A stretch of DNA of 64,000 bases from Myxococcota bacterium (GTDB taxonomy: Bacteria; Myxococcota_A; UBA9160; SMWR01). The DNA lies in NCBI GenBank assembly GCA_035541475.1, contig DATKND010000025.1, forward strand, positions 4,377-68,376. The letters are read 5' to 3'. Made by a program: the position numbers and the translations under genes. Position 1 is the first letter of the stretch. Each line of letters begins with the position of its first letter. Below, in pieces: positions 34,392 to 44,293 of this stretch. Below the pieces are notes generated by a model, which was not told the DNA's origin, searched no databases, and saw only the letters and a list, made by a program, of their open reading frames with translations.

Positions 34392-35588
34392 ATGGGCAAC
34401 AAGGTGTTCGTGGTCGGAGTCGGCATGACGAAGTTCGAGAAGCCGGGCTCGCGCCAGTGGGACTATCCGGACATGGCCGAGGAGGCCGGCAAGAAGGCGC
34501 TCGCCGACGCCGGCATCCCGTACGACCAGATCGAGCAGGCGGTCGCCGGCTACTGCTACGGCGACTCCACCTGCGGCGAGCGCGCCGTCTACACGCTCGG
34601 ACTGACCGGCATCCCCATCTACAACGTGAACAACAACTGCTCCACCGGCTCGACCGCGCTCTTCATGGCGAAGCAGTTCGTGCAGGGCGGCCTCGCCGAC
34701 TGCGTGCTCGCGATCGGCTTCGAGAAGATGGAAAAGGGCTCGCTCGGCATCAAATACACCGACCGCACGAACCCGATGGACAAGCACGCGAAGCTGATGA
34801 TCGAGACGCGCGGCTTCGCCAAGGCGCCCGCCGCCGCGCAGTTCTTCGGCAACGCGGGCCGCGAGCACATGGAGCGCTACGGCACGAAGCCGGAGCACTT
34901 CGCGAAGATCGGCTGGAAGAACCACAAGCACTCGGTGAACAACCCGTACTCGCAGTTCCAGGACGAGTACTCGCTGGAGGACATCCTGAAGGCGCCGATG
35001 GTGTACGAGCCGCTCACCAAGCTGCAGTGCTGCCCGACCTCAGACGGCGCGGCCGCGGCGATCCTCGCCAGCGAGTCGTTCGTGCGAAAGCACAACCTCC
35101 AGAACCAGGCGGTCGAGATCATCGGCCAGGCGATGACGACCGACTTCGCGAGCACCTTCGATACGAAGAGCGCGATCAAGCTGGTCGGCGCCGACATGAC
35201 GAAGAAGGCCGCGCAGAAGGTCTACGAGCAGGCGGGCATCGGGCCGGAGAACGTGGACGTGGTCGAGCTGCACGACTGCTTCTCGTGCAACGAGATGGTG
35301 ACCTACGAGGCGCTCGGCCTCTGTCCGGAAGGCAAGGGCGGCGAATTCGTCGACTCCGGCGCCAACACCTACGGCGGTCGGGTGGTCGTGAACCCGTCGG
35401 GCGGCCTGATCTCGAAGGGCCATCCGCTCGGCGCGACCGGTCTCGCGCAGTGCTCGGAGCTCGTGTGGCAGCTGCGGGGAAAGGCCGAGAAGCGCCAGGT
35501 GCCGGGAGCCAAGGTGGCCCTCCAGCACAACCTCGGCCTCGGCGGCGCGGCGGTCGTCACCGCGTACCGCAAGGCGAATCTCGCCTAG
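34392..35588 (+). CDS. SCPx-type (SCP2-thiolase) 3-ketoacyl-CoA thiolase
   Basis: GAGGAG is upstream. Long identical strings shared with the animal SCPx thiolase domain as I recall it: [103 protein letters not shown]. There is no SCP2 lipid-transfer domain. Confidence 0.9.
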   Translation: MGNKVFVVGVGMTKFEKPGSRQWDYPDMAEEAGKKALADAGIPYDQIEQAVAGYCYGDSTCGERAVYTLGLTGIPIYNVNNNCSTGSTALFMAKQFVQGGLADCVLAIGFEKMEKGSLGIKYTDRTNPMDKHAKLMIETRGFAKAPAAAQFFGNAGREHMERYGTKPEHFAKIGWKNHKHSVNNPYSQFQDEYSLEDILKAPMVYEPLTKLQCCPTSDGAAAAILASESFVRKHNLQNQAVEIIGQAMTTDFASTFDTKSAIKLVGADMTKKAAQKVYEQAGIGPENVDVVELHDCFSCNEMVTYEALGLCPEGKGGEFVDSGANTYGGRVVVNPSGGLISKGHPLGATGLAQCSELVWQLRGKAEKRQVPGAKVALQHNLGLGGAAVVTAYRKANLA

Positions 35589-35597
35589 CGAGATTCG

Positions 35598-35636
35598 CCG
35601 CGCAGCGAGCCGGAGGCGAGCGAAGATCGAGCGAGC
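35598..35636 (-). repeat. GC-rich intergenic repeat, copy R4 (reverse orientation)
   Basis: The reverse complement reads CTTCGCTCGCCTCCGGCTCGCTGCGCGG. Lies between convergent stops 35588 and 35647. Confidence 0.75.
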
Positions 35637-35646
35637 GGGCGCGGCT

Positions 35647-37044
35647 TCACGGCGCGCCATCGACGTAGCCGAGCGCGCGAAGGGCCTGCCGCTCCTCCGC
35701 GCTCGGCGCCGCGATCTCCGGCCAGGGTCCGCGGTACTCGCGCGCGGACGTGTCGCGCTCGATGCGCTCGAGCATGCGCGCCGCGCGCGCGGGCTCGTCG
35801 GCGACGCGATTGGCCGTCTCGCCGGGGTCGGCGCGCAGGTCGTAGAGCTCGTTCGATGCGTCGCTCGAGCGGATGAACTTCCAGCCGTCCTCGTAGAGCG
35901 CCGTGCGGATGCGCGCGAAGCGGGCGCCGTAGGGCGCGAGCAGATCCTTCGGCCGCGTGTAGCGGAGCTCCGCCATGGGCAGCGCGTCCGCCGGCGCGGG
36001 AAAGCGCGCCGCGAAGCGCGCGCCGAGCGGCGCGGGCAACGCCGCCGCGACGAGCCGCGGCAACTCCGTCAGCGACACCACTCCGTCGATCGCGCGACCT
36101 TCTCTCTGCCGCGGCCGCTTCAGCAGCAGCGGCACCCACAGAGCGGTGTCGTAGACGTCCTTCGAGTGCTCGACCAGGCCGTGCTCGCCGAGGTACTCGC
36201 CGTGATCGGAGGTCACCACGACGAGCGCGTCGTCGAAGCGGCGCTGCTCGCGCAAGCGCGCGAGCAGCGCGCCGAGCCCGCGGTCCGCATTCGCGACGCC
36301 CGTGTCGTACTGCGTCACCACGCGCTTCACCAGCTCCGGATCGCTCGCGCCACGACCCATCACCGCGCCGACGAGCTCGTCGAGCAGCGCGGACGGATCC
36401 TCGGGATCGGGCGCCGCCAGCCACATGCGCCCGCCCGGCTGCGACACGTTGTAGGGTCGGTGCGCGTCCATCAGGTTCACGAACAGGAAGAGCGGGCGCG
36501 CCGGGTCGCGGGCCTCGAGGCGCTCGAAGGTCCGGTGCGCGACGTGATGCCAGTCGTTCTCGCCGAGCGGCAGCACGTCCCAGCTCTCGAATCCCCGCGA
36601 CAGACCCGAGCGCGGGCCGAGGTAGACCGGATTCGCGACGACGCCGCGCGTCTCGTAGCCCTCGTCGGCGAACGCCTCGGCCAGGGTGAGGAGCTCGCCG
36701 CGCAGCGGCGTCGCGTCGACGAGGATCCCGCTCTTCGCGTCGAAACGCGCCTCCGCGCCGTGCTCGAAGGGCGTGAGCCCCGTGAAGAGCGACGCATGAC
36801 TCGGGAGCGTCCATGGGGCGCTCGCGCGCGCGCCGGTGTAGCGATCAGCCGTGCGGGCGAGCGCGTCGAGATGAGGCGAGGTCGGCGGCGCGTAGCCGTA
36901 GGCGCCGAGGTGATCGGCGCGCACGGTGTCGAGCACGACCATCACGACGTCGGGCGGGCGCGATCGGCTGCAGCCCGTGCCGAGCGCGAGCAGCATGGCC
37001 GCGGTCGCCGCGAGCCGCGAGCCGATTCGCCAGGGGCGCGACAC
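35647..37044 (-). CDS. Sulfatase (arylsulfatase family) lipoprotein
   Basis: Lipobox LALGTGC. VVLDTVRADHLGAYGY and the formylglycine site SAPWTLPSHASLFTG are present. Confidence 0.88.
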   Translation of the reverse strand: MSRPWRIGSRLAATAAMLLALGTGCSRSRPPDVVMVVLDTVRADHLGAYGYAPPTSPHLDALARTADRYTGARASAPWTLPSHASLFTGLTPFEHGAEARFDAKSGILVDATPLRGELLTLAEAFADEGYETRGVVANPVYLGPRSGLSRGFESWDVLPLGENDWHHVAHRTFERLEARDPARPLFLFVNLMDAHRPYNVSQPGGRMWLAAPDPEDPSALLDELVGAVMGRGASDPELVKRVVTQYDTGVANADRGLGALLARLREQRRFDDALVVVTSDHGEYLGEHGLVEHSKDVYDTALWVPLLLKRPRQREGRAIDGVVSLTELPRLVAAALPAPLGARFAARFPAPADALPMAELRYTRPKDLLAPYGARFARIRTALYEDGWKFIRSSDASNELYDLRADPGETANRVADEPARAARMLERIERDTSAREYRGPWPEIAAPSAEERQALRALGYVDGAP

Positions 37045-37053
37045 GCGGGGAGA

Positions 37054-37617
37054 CTACAGCGCGTCCTGCGCCGGAGGGGCCGATCCGAGCAGCGACTCGT
37101 ACGACCCGGCCAGACACGCCTCGGGCGCGATGCCGAGCTCGGCGAGCAGCCGATCCACCGCGGCGCGCTGCTCCGATTCCGCGCCGGGCGAGCCGTCGAA
37201 CACGGCCTCGAGCTCCAGGAACGAGCCGAGACCTTCGACGCGATCGAGGTGGATGCGCACGTTGCGCCAGAGCAGCACCTCGCGGCGCTTCCGCACCGTG
37301 CGCACGACCCCGAGGATCTCGCCGAGCAGCGCGCGCGTGCCTTCGCCGTCGCGGACCTCGATTACGCGGTAGTCGGATCTCCGCACGCCCGGCCGGTCGG
37401 GCCGCAGATACGGGATCAGCTCCGCGCGGCCGCTCGAGGTCTCGCGCAGCTTCAAGCGACCGCGCGCCGTCGCGAAGTAGGTGTCGACCTGCGCCTCGTC
37501 GGCATGCGGGCTCGCGCCGAGCCGCAGCGCCGCGGCGCGCGCGGCCGCGAGGTCTCCGCAGCGCGCCTTGATCTCGAGGTTCGCGCATGCTTGCGGCGCG
37601 TTCCGACCCGATGCCAT
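37054..37617 (-). CDS. CYTH domain protein (class IV adenylate cyclase / triphosphate tunnel metalloenzyme)
   Basis: GGAGGGG precedes ATG 37617. NLEIKARC start motif and RLKLRE, WRNVRIHLDRVEGLGSFLELE blocks are typical of CyaB-like CYTH proteins. Confidence 0.75.
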   Translation of the reverse strand: MASGRNAPQACANLEIKARCGDLAAARAAALRLGASPHADEAQVDTYFATARGRLKLRETSSGRAELIPYLRPDRPGVRRSDYRVIEVRDGEGTRALLGEILGVVRTVRKRREVLLWRNVRIHLDRVEGLGSFLELEAVFDGSPGAESEQRAAVDRLLAELGIAPEACLAGSYESLLGSAPPAQDAL

Positions 37618-37713
37618 GCTGCCCCTCCGGCGCGGAGGCCGCCGCGCACGCGATCGAGGTCCGTACTGCGCGCCGACTCGAGCTCCCACGCCCGCCGCGA
37701 GGATCCGCGTCTC

Positions 37714-39090
37714 GTGGCGCCGCGCAAGGCCGTCTACGCGACCGGCGACTTCACGGTCAACGCATTCCTGTCGCTGCTCGCGATCGTCTACGTGTCGTAC
37801 TTCCTGACGCAGGTGGCCGGCCTGCGCCCCGAGCTCGCCGGCGCCGTGCAGATCGTGGGACGCTGTGTCGACGCGGTCAGCGACCCCCTGATGGGCCGCA
37901 TCTCGGATCGCTGCCGCTGGAAGGCGGGCCGGCGCCGGCCCTTCTTCCTGCTCGGCGCCCTGCCCTTCGGCCTGTTCTTCGCCCTGCTGTGGTTGGACCT
38001 CGGCGGCGCCTCGCAGGCCGAGCTCTTCGCCTACTACACCGCGATGTTCATACTCGGCTCGCTGGCGATGACGACGGTGTCGGTTCCGTACCTGGCTCTG
38101 CTGCCGGAGATGGCGATCGGCTACGACGCGCGCACGTCGCTCAACACCTGGCGCAACGCCGGCGCCGTGCTCGGCGTGTTCGCGGCGGTGGTGTTCCGTC
38201 CCATCGCCAACGCGCTCGGCGGCGGACCCGCGGGCTTCGGCGCCGCCGGCGCGCTCTTCGGAGTCTTCTTCGCGCTGCCGTGGCTCGCGATCCATCGCAT
38301 CAGCTGGGAGCGGCCCGAGTTCCAAGAGCGCGTCCCGCAAATGAGCTTCCGAGACGGCCTGCGCCTGCTGCTCGGCCACGCGACCTTTCGCCGTCTCACG
38401 GGCATGTACCTCTGCGGGCGCGTCAGCATGGACCTGATCAGCGCCATGCTGATCCTCTACTTCACCCACTACCTCGGCCGCAGCAGCGACTTCGAGTGGA
38501 TGATGCTCTGCTTCCTGTCGACGGTGCTGCTCTCGCTGCCCATATGGCTGGCGCTGGCACGCCGCTTCGAGAAGGCCACGGTCTTCACGCTCGGCACACT
38601 GTGGTGGACGGTCGCCCAGCTGGCGCTCCTGATGGTGCGGCCCGACTGGCCACGCGCGTGGGTCTTCGCCTTCGCGCCGGTGATCGGCTTCGGCTACGCG
38701 GTCGTCGACCTGATGCCGTGGTCGATGATCGGCGAGGTTGTGGACGAGGACGAACTCGCGAGCGGCGAGCGCCGCGAGGGCATCTACAACGGCTTCTTCA
38801 TGTTCGTGCGCAAGGTGGCGGGCGCGTCGGGCGTCATGCTGGCGATGTTGGTTCTCGGCCGGCTCGGCTATCACCAGGGCGACGTGCAGCCGCCCGCGGC
38901 CGTCGAGGCGATCCGCTGGCTGGCGACCATCGTCCCCGCCGCGCTGCTCCTGCTCTCGGCCGGGTTCGCACGCGGCTATCCGCTGACGCGCGCAGAGCAC
39001 GTGCGGATCCTGGCGCTCCTCGCCGAGCGCGCGCCTCAACCAAACGTCGCGAAGAGCGCCTCGTCGATCAGCGCACGCACCGCGGGGTGA
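37714..39090 (+). CDS. MFS transporter, glycoside-pentoside-hexuronide (GPH) cation symporter family
   Basis: GTG 37714 gives ...KAVYATGDFTVNAF. AVSDPLMGRISDR is the GPH signature. About 12 TM helices. Confidence 0.85.
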   Translation: MAPRKAVYATGDFTVNAFLSLLAIVYVSYFLTQVAGLRPELAGAVQIVGRCVDAVSDPLMGRISDRCRWKAGRRRPFFLLGALPFGLFFALLWLDLGGASQAELFAYYTAMFILGSLAMTTVSVPYLALLPEMAIGYDARTSLNTWRNAGAVLGVFAAVVFRPIANALGGGPAGFGAAGALFGVFFALPWLAIHRISWERPEFQERVPQMSFRDGLRLLLGHATFRRLTGMYLCGRVSMDLISAMLILYFTHYLGRSSDFEWMMLCFLSTVLLSLPIWLALARRFEKATVFTLGTLWWTVAQLALLMVRPDWPRAWVFAFAPVIGFGYAVVDLMPWSMIGEVVDEDELASGERREGIYNGFFMFVRKVAGASGVMLAMLVLGRLGYHQGDVQPPAAVEAIRWLATIVPAALLLLSAGFARGYPLTRAEHVRILALLAERAPQPNVAKSASSISARTAG

Positions 39091-40478
39091 CGCGGAAAGG
39101 TGACGTGCCCGCCCTGGTACCACTCGATGCGCGGGCGCTCCCAGTGGTGCCAGAGATCGCGCACCTGATCGGCGGGCACCAGGCGGTCGGCGATCGCGGC
39201 GAAGAGGTAGCGGCGCTCGCGTGGGACGCGCGGCGGGAACGCGAGCGGCGAGACCACGCGCAGGATCTCGTCCATGTGGTGCTCCTCGATGCCGTGGAGC
39301 GCCGCCTCGAGCAGCTGCACCGGAGGTCCGTGGCGGAAGTAGAGCCGCGTGAAGTCGACCGCGGGGATCCCGGCGATCGCGCAGGCCAGATCGCGCTCGA
39401 GCGCGGCGAGCAGCGACGCGTTGTAGCCGCCGAGCGAGAGTCCGAAGACGCCGATCTCGCGCGCGCCCTCCGCGCGCAGCCACGAGACGATGCGCCGCAG
39501 GTCCCAGATCGCCTGGGTCTGCGCGTGGATCGTGTCGAGGATGTCGCCGGAGAGATAGCCGTCGCCGCTGCGCCGGCCCTTGGCGCGTGGCCCGTGCAGA
39601 GGGAGCACGGGGAGCAGCAGGTTCAGGCCGTGCTGGCGCGCCAGCCACTCCGGGCGGAACGCCAGCAGGTCGATCATCGGGCTTCCCATCTGGTAGCCGT
39701 GGATGCACACCAGCCAGGGTCGCTGCGGATTGCGGCGCACGACCCAGGCGTGCGCCGTCCGGTTCGCGCGGTAGTCGAGCCAGCGATCGCGCCCGGGCTC
39801 GCCGGCGCGCGGCTCGTAGCCGCTCTCGAAGCGAAGCCGCTCGTACTCGATGCCGCGCACGCGCGCGCCGGAGATCTGCACGTCGGAGAGAGGTGGCGGC
39901 GTCTCGTGGTAGCCGCCCGGCTTCTCGAGCCATCCCGCCGCGGCGAAGCGCGCACGCGCCTCCTCGATTTCGCCGCGGATGCGCGCGAGCTCGTCGCCGG
40001 CCGGGATGCCGACGCCGATCTGGAGGGTCGAGAGGATCGCCTCGTCACACGCGATCTCGGCGGCGAGCGCGAGCGACGGCTCGGGGCGCGGCACGTCGGC
40101 CGGATGCGGCTCGAGTCGCAGTGTGTGCCAGCCGGCCGCGACGAAGCCCGCGGCCGAGAGCGCGCAGAACGCGAGCCCGCTGAAGAAGCCGACGAACACG
40201 AAGGCCGGCAGTCCGAACACGAAGCCGAGCACGCCGCCGAGCGCGGCGAACTGCGAGGTGCGCAGGTCGCCCGGCCAGAGGAGCATCGCGACGCCCGACC
40301 CGAGCAGCAGACAGCCGGGCAGCACCGAGAAGAGGAAGCCCGCGACGCCGTGGCCCGGCGCGTTCCACAGCCACACGAGTCCGCCGACGAGCGGAATCCA
40401 CGCCTCGGGCGGCATGCGCACGGGCCGCAGCACACCGCGTCCGACCTGCGCGTCCGAGCGCGCTTCCGACACCGCCAC
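39036..40478 (-). CDS. Membrane-anchored alpha/beta hydrolase
   Basis: GGAGGAAG lies 5 nt before GTG 40478. The N-terminal about 100 aa has about 4 TM helices. Nucleophile elbow GLSLGG. The C-terminus has an Asp/His-containing region. Confidence 0.75.
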   Translation of the reverse strand: MAVSEARSDAQVGRGVLRPVRMPPEAWIPLVGGLVWLWNAPGHGVAGFLFSVLPGCLLLGSGVAMLLWPGDLRTSQFAALGGVLGFVFGLPAFVFVGFFSGLAFCALSAAGFVAAGWHTLRLEPHPADVPRPEPSLALAAEIACDEAILSTLQIGVGIPAGDELARIRGEIEEARARFAAAGWLEKPGGYHETPPPLSDVQISGARVRGIEYERLRFESGYEPRAGEPGRDRWLDYRANRTAHAWVVRRNPQRPWLVCIHGYQMGSPMIDLLAFRPEWLARQHGLNLLLPVLPLHGPRAKGRRSGDGYLSGDILDTIHAQTQAIWDLRRIVSWLRAEGAREIGVFGLSLGGYNASLLAALERDLACAIAGIPAVDFTRLYFRHGPPVQLLEAALHGIEEHHMDEILRVVSPLAFPPRVPRERRYLFAAIADRLVPADQVRDLWHHWERPRIEWYQGGHVTFPRHPAVRALIDEALFATFG

Positions 40479-40562
40479 GCGACTTCCTCCCGTCCTGCGA
40501 GCCGGACCGCGCGACGATACCCTGCGCGCGCGCGCGCGGAAACCGCGCGAGGGGATTCGAGG

Positions 40563-41864
40563 ATGGGCCGCGCTCGCCGCTTCGCCGCGTCGCTGTGGGT
40601 CGCGCTCGCCGCATCGGCCCGCGTGGTGGCTGCCGAGCCCGCCGCGGAGAGCCCCGCGCTCGACGCGCTCGTCGCGCAGACCCTGCCGGACGTGCGCGCC
40701 TGGCGTCGCGACCTGCACGCGCACCCCGAGCTGTCGAACCGCGAGGTCCGCACCGCGAAGCTCGTGGCGAAGGAGCTTCGCGCGCGAGGCTACGAGGTGC
40801 GGACCGGGGTGGCACAGACCGGTGTGATCGGAGTGCTGCGCCGCGGGCCCGGCCCCGTCGTCGCGCTGCGTGCGGACATGGACGCGCTGCCCGTCACCGA
40901 GGAGACCGGACTGCCCTTCGCGTCCAAGGAGCGCTCGACTTACGAAGGCCACGAGGTCGGCGTGATGCACGCCTGCGGCCACGATGCGCACACGGCGATG
41001 CTGCTCGGTGTCGCGACGGTGCTCGCGGCGCTGCGAGGCGATCTCGGCGGAACCGTCTTGCTGATCTTCCAGCCGGCCGAGGAAGGCGCGCCTCGGGGCG
41101 AGCGAGGCGGCGCGAAGCGGATGCTCGAGGAAGGCGCCTTCGACGCGCCGCGACCCGACGCGGTGTTCGCACTGCACGTGACCGCGGAGCTGCCGGTCGG
41201 TCACATCGGCATCCGCTCGGGCGCCGCGACCGCGAGCAGCGACCGCCTCATGATCCGCGTGAAGGGGCGCCAGAGCCACGCGGCCGCTCCCTGGCAGGGC
41301 GTCGATCCGATCGCGACGGCGTCGCGCATCGTGCTCGCGCTCGAAGCGCTGCCCGCGCGCGAGGTCGACGCGCGCATTCCCTCGGTGGTGTCGATCGGCT
41401 CCTTCCAGGGCGGCGTGCGCAACAACATCATCCCGGACGACGTGGAGCTCCAGGGCACGATCCGTTCGCTCGATCCGCAGCAGCGCGCGGCGCTGCACGA
41501 GAAGGTCCGCCGCAGCGCGCAGGGCATCGCGCAGGCGTCGGGCGCCGAGGCCGAAGTCGTGATCGACGAGGGCAACCCGATGGTGTGGAACGATCCGGCG
41601 CTGCTCGCGCGCATGCGGCCCGCGCTCGAGCGCGCGGCGCAGGTCGAGGAGATGCTCCCCTGGACGGCCTCCGAGGACTTCGCGTTCTACGCAGAGCAGG
41701 TCCCGGGGCTCTTCTTCTGGCTCGGCGTGCGCGACCCCGGCGTCGCCGCGGCCGACGCCGCGCAGATCCACACGCCGCGGTTCGACCTCGACGAGGCGGC
41801 GCTGCCGGTCGGCGTGCGCGCGATGTCGGAGCTCGCGCTGGCCTTCCTGCACCGATCGCCGTAG
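40563..41864 (+). CDS. M20D family amidohydrolase (aminoacylase/hippurate hydrolase-like), secreted
   Basis: Signal peptide MGRARRFAASLWVALAASARVVA. LHAHPELS, MHACGHDAH and FQPAEEG motifs are present. Confidence 0.88.
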   Translation: MGRARRFAASLWVALAASARVVAAEPAAESPALDALVAQTLPDVRAWRRDLHAHPELSNREVRTAKLVAKELRARGYEVRTGVAQTGVIGVLRRGPGPVVALRADMDALPVTEETGLPFASKERSTYEGHEVGVMHACGHDAHTAMLLGVATVLAALRGDLGGTVLLIFQPAEEGAPRGERGGAKRMLEEGAFDAPRPDAVFALHVTAELPVGHIGIRSGAATASSDRLMIRVKGRQSHAAAPWQGVDPIATASRIVLALEALPAREVDARIPSVVSIGSFQGGVRNNIIPDDVELQGTIRSLDPQQRAALHEKVRRSAQGIAQASGAEAEVVIDEGNPMVWNDPALLARMRPALERAAQVEEMLPWTASEDFAFYAEQVPGLFFWLGVRDPGVAAADAAQIHTPRFDLDEAALPVGVRAMSELALAFLHRSP

Positions 41865-41901
41865 CGAATTCGCGAAGGCGCCGGTGTTAGACTCGCTCGC
41901 C

Positions 41902-44286
41902 ATGGCGAGCGCGCTCCAGGGGCCGCTGCGCGACGAGCCGACCTGGCCCGCGATCGGTGTCGCAGGACCGTCGCGCGTCCTCTTCCTGTGCGACAGCTCG
42001 AGCCGGCTCGAGCAGCGCCTGCTCGAGGCGTGGGTCGCGCGCCACCGACCGGACGGCGCGGACTGCGAGTGCGTCGCCATCCCGCCCTCGCGCCGCCGGC
42101 GCGAGATCTCGCAGCACCCGCTCGAGGCGCGCATCGCGGCCGCCGGCGACGACCTCGTGCTCGCGCCACTGCGCGTCGCGTGGCTGCCGCGCAAGCGCGA
42201 CGGCGTGCGCGCGGCGCGCTTCTCCGATCTGCTGAAGCTCGGCGACCCGCGCGATCCGTCCTGGCTGCGCCAGCACGTGATCCTGCGCCGCGAGCGCGAC
42301 CGCTGCCGCGTCGTCGCCGGCGAGCCCGCGCCGCTCTCCGAGCTGCGCGCGCGCTGGCAGGCCGCTTCCCGCGCGGGCGCGGAGTCCGCCTCGCTCGCGG
42401 ACTACGTGTCGCGACAGGCCGCGCTCGCGCTCGAGCGCGCCGAGCGGCGGCTTCGCGGCGCGCGCTACAAGGTCCCGCGCCTGGTACACGAGGACATCCT
42501 CGGGCGCCCGGCCTTCCGCGGCGGCCTGGCCCTCCTGGCGCGCGAGCAGCGGCGAAGCTCCGCGAGCGTGGCCCGCGAGGCCGCGCGCGACCTGCGCGAG
42601 ATCGCGGCGACGCACAGCACCTTCGTGATCGACCTCGCCGCGCAGCTGATCCGCATGATGTACACGCGCGGCTACGGCGAGTCGCTGCACTACGACCGGG
42701 AGAAGCTGGCGCGCGTCCAGTCCCTGGCGCAGCGTCACCCCGTGGTGTTGCTTCCGACCCACAAGTCGAATCTCGACCACCTCGTGCTCCAGTACATGCT
42801 CTACGAGAACGGCCACCCGCCGAACCACACGGCCGGCGGCATCAACATGAACTTCTTCCCGGTCGGCCCGCTGGTGCGGCGCAGCGGCGTCTTCTTCATC
42901 CGGCGGAGCTTCAAGGACGACGCCGTCTACAAGTTCGTGCTGCGCCACTACATCGACTACCTGATCGAGAAGCGCTTCTCGCTCGAGTGGTACATCGAGG
43001 GCGGTCGCTCGCGCTCCGGCAAGCTGCTGCCGCCCCGCTTCGGCCTGCTCGCCTACGTGGTCGACGCCTATCGCCGCGGCCGGAGCGACGACGTCGTGCT
43101 GATCCCCGTGTCGATCGCCTACGACCAGATCAGCGACGTGCCCGACTACGCCGCCGAGCAGTCGGGCGCGGCCAAGCAGCGCGAGAGCTTCGGCTGGTTC
43201 CTGCGCTTCCTGCGGCGGCTCGGCCGCCGCTACGGCGAGATCCACATCTCGTTCGGCGAGCCGCTGTCGCTGGCGAAGGCGCTCGGCCCTCCCGATCCGC
43301 AGGCGTCGCCCGACCCCGACGAGCAGAGCCTCGCGCTCCAGAAGCTCGCCTTCGAGGTGTGCCTGCGCATCAACCAGGTCACTCCGATCACGCCGATCTC
43401 GCTGGTCGCGCTCGCGGTGCTCGGCGCGGCCGACCGCGCGCAGACGGTCGAAGACGTGCGCGCGCGCCTCGCGAACCTGCTCTACGACGTCGCGCGCCGG
43501 CAGCTCCCCGTCACGAACGGCGCGGAGCTCGAGACACGCGAGGGCGTCGAGCGTGTGCTCGAGGCGCTCGTCGAGAACGGCGTGGTGACCCGCTTCGACG
43601 AGGGCAGCGAGCGCGTCTACCTGATCGGGCCCGACCAGCAGCTCGCCGCGGCCTACTACCGCAACACCATCATCCACTTCTTCGTGAACCCGGCGATCGG
43701 CGAGCTGGCGCTGCTGCGCGCGGCGGAGGCGGGCGGCGCAGACGCCGCGGGCGAGTTCTTCCGCGCCGCGATGCAGCTCCGCGATCTGCTGAAGTTCGAG
43801 TTCTTCTTCGCGGACAAGGAGATCTTCCGCGGCGAGCTGCGGCGCGAGCTGGCCGAGCGCGATCCGCACTGGGAGGACGCGCTGCGCGGCGGCCCCGATC
43901 CGATCCAGCGCCTGGTGCGGAGCTTCCGACCGTTCAACTCGCACCGCGTGCTGCGACCCTTCTTCGAGGCCTACCGCGTCGTCGCGGATCTGCTCGCGCG
44001 CCAGGACCCGGCTGCGCCGCTCGACCGCGCGCGCTTCCTCGCGGCGTGCATGGGCGTCGGGCGGCAGTACCACCTGCAAGGGCGCCTGCACTCGACGGCG
44101 TCGATCTCGCGCGTGCTGTTCGAGAACGCGCTGCGACTGGCGGAGAACCGCGCGCTGCTCGAGCCGGGTCAGCCCGAGCTCGCGCGCTGGCGCAGCGCGT
44201 TCGCCGACGAGATCCGCGGCTGGCTCCGCCGGATCGACGCCATCGACGCGCTGGCGGCGAGCCGCCGCGCGGGCCTGATCCACTGA
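41902..44286 (+). CDS. plsB: Glycerol-3-phosphate acyltransferase
   Basis: About 795 aa. H(X4)D box LPTHKSNLDHL, FFIRRSF and YIEGGRSRSGKLL..RFGLL blocks are collinear with PlsB. Alternative start GTG 41884. Confidence 0.9.
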   Translation: MASALQGPLRDEPTWPAIGVAGPSRVLFLCDSSSRLEQRLLEAWVARHRPDGADCECVAIPPSRRRREISQHPLEARIAAAGDDLVLAPLRVAWLPRKRDGVRAARFSDLLKLGDPRDPSWLRQHVILRRERDRCRVVAGEPAPLSELRARWQAASRAGAESASLADYVSRQAALALERAERRLRGARYKVPRLVHEDILGRPAFRGGLALLAREQRRSSASVAREAARDLREIAATHSTFVIDLAAQLIRMMYTRGYGESLHYDREKLARVQSLAQRHPVVLLPTHKSNLDHLVLQYMLYENGHPPNHTAGGINMNFFPVGPLVRRSGVFFIRRSFKDDAVYKFVLRHYIDYLIEKRFSLEWYIEGGRSRSGKLLPPRFGLLAYVVDAYRRGRSDDVVLIPVSIAYDQISDVPDYAAEQSGAAKQRESFGWFLRFLRRLGRRYGEIHISFGEPLSLAKALGPPDPQASPDPDEQSLALQKLAFEVCLRINQVTPITPISLVALAVLGAADRAQTVEDVRARLANLLYDVARRQLPVTNGAELETREGVERVLEALVENGVVTRFDEGSERVYLIGPDQQLAAAYYRNTIIHFFVNPAIGELALLRAAEAGGADAAGEFFRAAMQLRDLLKFEFFFADKEIFRGELRRELAERDPHWEDALRGGPDPIQRLVRSFRPFNSHRVLRPFFEAYRVVADLLARQDPAAPLDRARFLAACMGVGRQYHLQGRLHSTASISRVLFENALRLAENRALLEPGQPELARWRSAFADEIRGWLRRIDAIDALAASRRAGLIH

Positions 44287-44293
44287 TGACTTA

